DNA from: a virus
Taxonomy: Duplodnaviria; Caudoviricetes
Direction: 5' to 3' (one strand)
Virus record (IMG/VR): IMGVR_UViG_3300037467_000274
Span: 1 to 31,087 of that record
Length of the DNA: 31,087 bases
Made by a program: the position numbers and the translations under genes. Below are positions 25,569 to 31,087 of the stretch, piece after piece. Each line of letters opens with the position of its first letter. Position 1 is the first letter of the stretch. The notes beneath the pieces were generated by a model, which ran no database searches, was not told the DNA's origin, and saw only the letters and a program-made list of their open reading frames with translations.

Positions 25569-27521
25569 GTGACTGCCGCCTACGTCTCCTCGGCCGCCGC
25601 AGGCGTCGCAGCCCTCACGGCCGCGATCACCCTCGCTGAGCCGTCGGGCTCCGACGGCGACCTGCTGATCGCGTTCTGTGGCGCCAACAACGCGACCGCC
25701 GTATGGACGCCGCCCGCGACCGGCCCGGCGTGGACCTCGGGTGATGCCGAGAGCGCGATCGGCTCGGCGGTGTTCTGGCGGTTCACCGGGGTCGGTGACG
25801 GCGGCGGCACCTCGCGGACCTTCACCCGCTCGGGAACAGGCGGCGTCGCGGGCCTCATCATCGCCCGCTACTCCGGGGTGAACGCGGTCGCGGTCTCCGA
25901 GGTCACCAACGGCCCGGCGAACACGACGCTGACCATCGAGGCGGTTACCGCTTCGGTCAACAACTCCACCCTCGTCGGGATGGTGGTCTCCAGCACGACC
26001 ACCGCTGACACGTGGGTCGCGCCGGGCACTGGAACCCGCCGCACGACGGCTGGCTCACAGGCGAGCGGCACCGCCCTGCCGTATGCGGTCGGCGACGAGA
26101 TCGTGGCCTCAGGGGACACCGGGACGCGCGTCTGGACCAAGACGCAGACCGTGACCTCTCGCGGCGCCCACATCGTCCTCAGCCCGACGTCCTCCCCGGC
26201 GACCGGCACCGGCTCACTGTCGCTGTCCGGTTCGGGTGGCGACGGGGCTAGCGACTCGGGCACAGGCGCGCTATCCCTGTCCGCATCGGCCGGCGCTGGT
26301 GCGACCGCATCATCGGGTAGTGCCGTGCTGGCACTCTCTGCCTCTGGTGCTGGCACCAGCACCACGGCTGGCGCCGGCTCGCTGTCGCTGTCCGCCATCG
26401 GTACGGCTAGGCGTGACGTGGCCCCGCCGCCGGGCATCGCCTACGGGTATCAGCTGTACGCCCGCCAGCCCGCCACTCACCCGGAGATCTTCGTCGGCGG
26501 CTGGCCCATGTCGAGCATCGCGCCGTGGGGCGAACTCCACACGCTCACCCGGCTGACGGGCGACTGGGAGATCTCGTGGACGATGATCCGCGACCCCCGC
26601 AAGCAGTTGCAGCGCCACCACGCGCTCGTTAAGGGCGCGCTGGTCGAGGTCAAGATCGGCCCGGAGATCGTCGCCGCGGGCGCGCTTCCCGAGATCGACT
26701 GGGAGTCCGGCGACATGGTCGCCGGAGGTGCATCCCGTGAGGCCGAGGACGCTATCGCGTTCAACGCCTCCGGGGAGACCACGACCAAGCCGAACCCGGC
26801 GATCGACCAGGCCATCGCTCGCGGCGTCCTGAACTGGACCCGCAAGGACGACTTCGGGTCGGCGGCGATCGGTGCGACCGACACGAACGCGGACCTCAAG
26901 TCGGTGGCCCGGCTGCTGGACGCTTGGGCCGAGGACGACGACAACCCGAACTGGCGGGTCGACCGGCGCCGTGTCCTCCACGCCGTCGAGGACGACGAGA
27001 ACGACGCCGACTGGCTCATCACCCCCGGCGCGGGCGAGATGGGCGCGGCCGACGACGAACGCATCGACCGGATGTTCGTGCGCTACCTCGTCTCCGGGGG
27101 CGGCGGGACTCTCGCAACCGCCTCCTACCCCGCAGCGTCCCCCGCAGGCGGCATCGAGCGCGGCGCGGACATCACCAACCGCGGCGAACTCACCTCGACC
27201 GTCGCGACCCGAATCGCCAAGGGCGTGTGGCGGCGGATGCAAGGCCGCTCGGGCTGGACGAACGGGATCAGCGTCAACCGCTCGCAGGTCACCAGCAAGG
27301 GCGGCGTGGCGGCGAACCTGGCGCTCATCAAAGCCGGCGACTCGATGCGGCTCCTCGGCGTCCCCGATCCCCGCGGCCTTGGGCATCAGATCGACGTCGT
27401 CATCGGGGAGACCGACTACGACTGGGAAGCCGGGACGATCCAGCTCAACCCCGTCGGACTCGCCGCCCGCACTTTCGAGGCGGTGCTCGAGGCCGTGTCT
27501 CCGGGCGCCGTCGCCCTCTAG
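25569..27521 (+). CDS. Minor tail protein (beta domain, Ser/Gly repeats, hub-like C-terminus)
   Basis: SD GAGGAGGT; GDLLIA domain, GxLSLS repeats, C-terminal IKAGDSMRL...IGETDYD. Confidence 0.78.
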   Translation: MTAAYVSSAAAGVAALTAAITLAEPSGSDGDLLIAFCGANNATAVWTPPATGPAWTSGDAESAIGSAVFWRFTGVGDGGGTSRTFTRSGTGGVAGLIIARYSGVNAVAVSEVTNGPANTTLTIEAVTASVNNSTLVGMVVSSTTTADTWVAPGTGTRRTTAGSQASGTALPYAVGDEIVASGDTGTRVWTKTQTVTSRGAHIVLSPTSSPATGTGSLSLSGSGGDGASDSGTGALSLSASAGAGATASSGSAVLALSASGAGTSTTAGAGSLSLSAIGTARRDVAPPPGIAYGYQLYARQPATHPEIFVGGWPMSSIAPWGELHTLTRLTGDWEISWTMIRDPRKQLQRHHALVKGALVEVKIGPEIVAAGALPEIDWESGDMVAGGASREAEDAIAFNASGETTTKPNPAIDQAIARGVLNWTRKDDFGSAAIGATDTNADLKSVARLLDAWAEDDDNPNWRVDRRRVLHAVEDDENDADWLITPGAGEMGAADDERIDRMFVRYLVSGGGGTLATASYPAASPAGGIERGADITNRGELTSTVATRIAKGVWRRMQGRSGWTNGISVNRSQVTSKGGVAANLALIKAGDSMRLLGVPDPRGLGHQIDVVIGETDYDWEAGTIQLNPVGLAARTFEAVLEAVSPGAVAL

Positions 27522-27537
27522 TCAGGAGTGGGGTGCA

Positions 27538-27948
27538 ATGAGCGAGCCGCAAGAGGACCACATCTCCGTTGTCGCCGGGGCGGACCTGGACGTGACCTAC
27601 GACATGTGGGACAACCTGACCGGCGCCCCACCTGACTGGGGCGTGGGTACGTGGGAGGTCACCTGCGACGTCCGCGACAACCGCGGTGCCCTCCTGGCTC
27701 ACCTGGCGAACTTCGGGGCGCGCGACGGCGACGTCTACCTCCTCGACGGGGGCAAGCTCCGGCTACTCCTCGCCGGGTCGTTCACCGCCACCCTGCCGAT
27801 CACCCGGACCTACGTGAACAGCACCGACCCGCGCATCGCCACCTTCCGGCATCGGGGCGTCCTGTTCTTCACCATGATCGCCACCGAGACCGAGTCCGGT
27901 GACGTCTCGGACCCGATCCAAGGCTCGCTCACCGTCAGCCAGCCATGA
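27538..27948 (+). CDS. Minor tail/baseplate adaptor-like protein
   Basis: SD AGGAG; beta-rich 136-aa protein ending IQGSLTVS. Confidence 0.7.
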   Translation: MSEPQEDHISVVAGADLDVTYDMWDNLTGAPPDWGVGTWEVTCDVRDNRGALLAHLANFGARDGDVYLLDGGKLRLLLAGSFTATLPITRTYVNSTDPRIATFRHRGVLFFTMIATETESGDVSDPIQGSLTVSQP

Positions 27949-27970
27949 CTACCGTGAGGGAGAACCGCTG

Positions 27971-29557
27971 ATGGGTCGACTGAGCGTAGTCCGCCGCGAG
28001 ATCGCGCAGGTGGCGGGACTCCCTGGCGTCAACGCGGTCCCGGCTGACGAGGCGGTCGGAACGTACCTGACCACCGATGGGTCACGGTCCGCGAGGGCTG
28101 CCGACAGTCGGATCGCGGTCGCCATCGACGACGCCACCTGGCCGCTCCAGGAGCAGATCGACGCATGGTCGGCGTTCGGGAAACTCAGGGGCGACTGGAC
28201 CGCCACGGCCTACGACCCGAGCGACATCGTTGCCCACTCCGGGTCGATCTGGGGCGCGAAATCGACGGCCACGAGCGGCGACGTCCCGGGCGTGGCGGCG
28301 CTGTGGATGGAACTCCCCGGCACCGTGGACGCGACGGCCCGCAGCGAGATCGAGGCCCGGGCGCCTGTCGACATCGGCCTCAATGGCGACGCGTTCGGCG
28401 TCGTCCTCGGCGCCAGCATCGAGGACGGTACGCAGACCGAGATGATGGTCGGCCTGGACGGCAACGTGCCGGACTGGGTTCTCGCACGGTGGGCTGTGCG
28501 CAAGGGCTGGGGTCCGAGCGACCTAACGCCTATCGACATCTGGATCATCGCCGGACAGTCGAACTCGATCCGCCGTCCTCCCGCGACACAGGCGCCGCAG
28601 GAGACGCCGACGGACTGGATCGTCACCCAGAACTACGCAAGCCACGTCTGGCACCAGGAAGCGTCTGCTCCGTGGCTCGGCTCCGGCGTGGCGCGCGCCT
28701 GGTGGGAACGCGACGCCCGCGCAGTCGGACGCCGGGTCGGCACCATCGAGGCAGGCATCGGCGGCACCGGGTTCACCCCGGTGCAGATCCCCACCGACTA
28801 CTTCACCTGGGACCAGACCGACACGACGAGCGAGCGGAACCTCGCCATCGAGACCCGTGACTGGGCACTGGCGGCCCTCGCCGACTCCCCCGACGGGTCG
28901 GTCATCAAGGGCATCATCTGGTCACAAGGCGAGGCCGACCGCGGCTACCTCACCACATCCGAATATGGCGCGAAGCTGGACAGCCTCATCGGCTGGTTCC
29001 GCACCGAACTGGGGATCTCGGACCTGCCGTTCATCTGCACCCCGTTCACGCCGCTGCTTCCGGTGTATGGCGACGAGGCCGAGACGCTGGCGATCCAGGA
29101 CGCGCTCGAGGATCTGCCGCGACGCGTCGAGCGGACCGCCTACCTGCTGCGCAGCCCGGACGACTCCACGGCAGACAACTACATCCACTGGGCACCCGAC
29201 GCGCAGCACCGTCGCGGCAAGGCGATCATCGTCGACCCCGACCCGCTGCGCGCCTCGGCGTGGGACCAGGCGCTCCTCAACACCGCTGCCGCACAGGCCC
29301 GCGAGGTGCCCGGTCTGACGATCACCCGTTCGGGCGACGTAGCGACGCTGACGTGGGGCCACCCGCCGACCCGTGTCGTCTCGTTCACTCTGGAGACCTC
29401 CGTCGACTCCGGCGCGAACTGGGTCACCGAGACCCTTGCCGCCTCACTGACGCACCGAGCCGTGAAGTCCGTCGCCGCCGGAACGCCGCTGTGGGCGCGG
29501 ATGACCACGGTCGCTGCCAGCGGCTCGTCCTACATCACTGTGGAGGTCCACGGATGA
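27971..29557 (+). CDS. Tail-associated SGNH/SASA acetylesterase with a CBM-like module and an FN3-like C-terminus
   Basis: IIAGQSN, GIGGTG, GIIWSQGEAD, DNYIHW; W...YDPSDIVAHSGSIW...PG...W module. Confidence 0.85.
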   Translation: MGRLSVVRREIAQVAGLPGVNAVPADEAVGTYLTTDGSRSARAADSRIAVAIDDATWPLQEQIDAWSAFGKLRGDWTATAYDPSDIVAHSGSIWGAKSTATSGDVPGVAALWMELPGTVDATARSEIEARAPVDIGLNGDAFGVVLGASIEDGTQTEMMVGLDGNVPDWVLARWAVRKGWGPSDLTPIDIWIIAGQSNSIRRPPATQAPQETPTDWIVTQNYASHVWHQEASAPWLGSGVARAWWERDARAVGRRVGTIEAGIGGTGFTPVQIPTDYFTWDQTDTTSERNLAIETRDWALAALADSPDGSVIKGIIWSQGEADRGYLTTSEYGAKLDSLIGWFRTELGISDLPFICTPFTPLLPVYGDEAETLAIQDALEDLPRRVERTAYLLRSPDDSTADNYIHWAPDAQHRRGKAIIVDPDPLRASAWDQALLNTAAAQAREVPGLTITRSGDVATLTWGHPPTRVVSFTLETSVDSGANWVTETLAASLTHRAVKSVAAGTPLWARMTTVAASGSSYITVEVHG

Positions 29558-30240
29558 GCCTGGTGACGCGCGTCGCGAGCAGTTCGATCGACCCGACCCT
29601 GCCGCCCGTGGTGCCCAGCTTCGGGACGACCCTGTCGCACTTCTACCACGCCGGACGATTCCCCGATAACGGCACCGAATGGGCCGACGCCATCGGCTCG
29701 ATCCCGCTACCGGTCGACGGCGACACCTCCATCACCCAGGAGAGCGAGTCGTCGCGGCCCACAGTGCGACTCACCACGGCGGCGTCGTTCTTCCCCGGCA
29801 CCGTGTTCACCGACGTCGGCTCGGTGTTCGTCGTGGCGAAGATCGGAGCGACCGACGGGAACGCAGGGGCGGCAGGCTATGTGCTCCACAACGGCGCCTC
29901 CGCTATCGCGCACAACACCGCCGGATCGACGGCACTCACCCTGACCAACGGCGCCTCGGGAGCCACGGCGGCGCTGGACAAGTGGCACCTGTTCTCGATC
30001 TCCACCCCGACCAGCACGAAGATCACCCGGTTCACCGTCGACGGCAACCTCTACACAGCCTCGTCGGCAGCGACGTTGAACCCGACCACGATCCGTGTCG
30101 GGGAGAACGCCGCCGGCAACCACAAGGCGATGACCGTGGCCGCTGTGTTCGCCACCGCTACCGACCTGCCTGCCGCCACGATCACCGGCACCGTCTACCC
30201 GCTGGTCAAGGCGTGGTGGCCGGACTTCACGTGGGCCTGA
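29554..30240 (+). CDS. Minor tail protein, concanavalin A/LamG-like
   Basis: SVFVVAK...DKWHLFSI...FTVDG; ATGA-coupled. Confidence 0.68.
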   Translation: MSLVTRVASSSIDPTLPPVVPSFGTTLSHFYHAGRFPDNGTEWADAIGSIPLPVDGDTSITQESESSRPTVRLTTAASFFPGTVFTDVGSVFVVAKIGATDGNAGAAGYVLHNGASAIAHNTAGSTALTLTNGASGATAALDKWHLFSISTPTSTKITRFTVDGNLYTASSAATLNPTTIRVGENAAGNHKAMTVAAVFATATDLPAATITGTVYPLVKAWWPDFTWA

Positions 30241-30271
30241 CCGCGAACGCCGTCCAAACCAAGGAGAACAG

Positions 30272-30481
30272 ATGACCCACCTAGTCCTCACCGGCCCGAT
30301 CACGGGGGCTGTCGTCCTCGCGGACGGCACGAAGGTCGACGTCACCCCGCAGCTGGTGGAGGTCGACTCACCCGAGCAGGCCGCGGAGGTCGCCGACCTG
30401 ATCGCCCGTCACTACGTCGCCAACGGTCACCCGGCCGTCGATGGCGACTTCGAGTACGTCAAGTCCCCCGAGGAGGGCTGA
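30272..30481 (+). CDS. Small hypothetical protein
   Basis: SD AAGGAG; 69 aa. Confidence 0.75.
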   Translation: MTHLVLTGPITGAVVLADGTKVDVTPQLVEVDSPEQAAEVADLIARHYVANGHPAVDGDFEYVKSPEEG

Positions 30482-30484
30482 GCC

Positions 30485-30844
30485 ATGGCGCTCGCATCCA
30501 CCACCGCCGAGAACCAGGCGCTCGACGCGCTCTCCGGTGGCACCACGAACGTACTGGCCTACGTGGCGCTGCACTCTGCATCCCCGTCGACCACGGGCGC
30601 CAACGAGTTCTCCGGCGGCGGCTACGGTCGCCAGTCCTGCTCATGGAACGCGGCGTCGAGCGGGTCCAAGACGAACTCCTCCTCGCTGACGTTCACGACC
30701 GCCGGCACCACTGCGGCCACCCACTTCGGCACCTTCTCTGCGTCGACCTCGGGCACCTACGGTATCGGTGGCGCGTTCACGTCCTCGGTCACCGCGGTCA
30801 CGATCACGGTTGCTGCCGGGGCGCTGACCCTCTCGGCGAGCTGA
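30485..30844 (+). CDS. Minor tail/fibre-associated protein
   Basis: YVALHSASPSTTGANEFSGGGYGRQ...THFG motif typical of small actinophage minor tail proteins. Confidence 0.8.
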   Translation: MALASTTAENQALDALSGGTTNVLAYVALHSASPSTTGANEFSGGGYGRQSCSWNAASSGSKTNSSSLTFTTAGTTAATHFGTFSASTSGTYGIGGAFTSSVTAVTITVAAGALTLSAS

Positions 30845-30858
30845 ACGGTCGATCTCCC

Positions 30859-31086
30859 GTGACCGGCCCCGACGTCAACGTCATCCTCGTCCAGCTCGCC
30901 GAGCTCCGGGCCACGGTCCTCTCCCGCCTCGACGCCCTGACCGCCGACAACACTCGCGGTGACCAGATCCACGCCGACCACGAGCAGCGAATCCGTGCGC
31001 TGGAGAAGGCGCGTTGGCTGATCGTCGGGTTCGCCCTCGCTGTCGGCGGGACGGGTGGCGCGGTCGCAAACCGGCTGTTGGGCTGA
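30859..31086 (+). CDS. Small membrane protein (possible start of the lysis cassette)
   Basis: Coiled coil DHEQRIRALEK followed by one TM helix; start codon uncertain because the SD is weak. Confidence 0.6.
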   Translation: MTGPDVNVILVQLAELRATVLSRLDALTADNTRGDQIHADHEQRIRALEKARWLIVGFALAVGGTGGAVANRLLG

Positions 31087-31087
31087 C

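Larger units (their letters stand above)
1..31087 (+). mobile_element. Actinobacteriophage/prophage segment (siphovirus), extending beyond both window ends
   Basis: Co-oriented terminase-portal-capsid-tail-tape measure order preceded by recombination/replication genes; high GC; GGAG-type SD sequences. Confidence 0.96.

Overview
This 31 kb window is a high-GC actinobacteriophage or prophage of siphovirus type. All credible genes are on the + strand and most are translationally coupled (ATGA/GTGA/TGATG overlaps). Positions 1-9069 hold the early/middle region: an 8-aa-repeat protein truncated by the window edge, a RecE-like exonuclease, a candidate recombination partner, many small Cys-rich proteins, a short replication-initiator-like gene followed by an iteron-like palindrome cluster (putative ori), an HNH endonuclease, an RNA-ligase-like nucleotidyltransferase and a Zn-finger putative late regulator. 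Positions 9070-9800 hold a putative late promoter and hairpin, a packaging HNH and a candidate cos site. Positions 9803-31086 hold the virion module: TerS, TerL, portal, minor head protein, scaffold, major capsid, head-tail joining proteins, tail tube, tail chaperones with a CCCAAAA -1 frameshift, tape measure, minor tail proteins including an SGNH acetylesterase, and a small membrane protein. No integrase, repressor, endolysin, tRNA or CRISPR array was seen. I cannot demonstrate a clearly new multi-gene system. The best leads are non-coding: identical SD-sequestering double hairpins before TerS and the scaffold, a pseudoknot after the tail tube gene, and coupled micro-ORFs. Other leads are a split rep/ori, a capsid insertion domain and an unassigned RecE partner. 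Family assignments come from motif recognition and synteny, not database searches.
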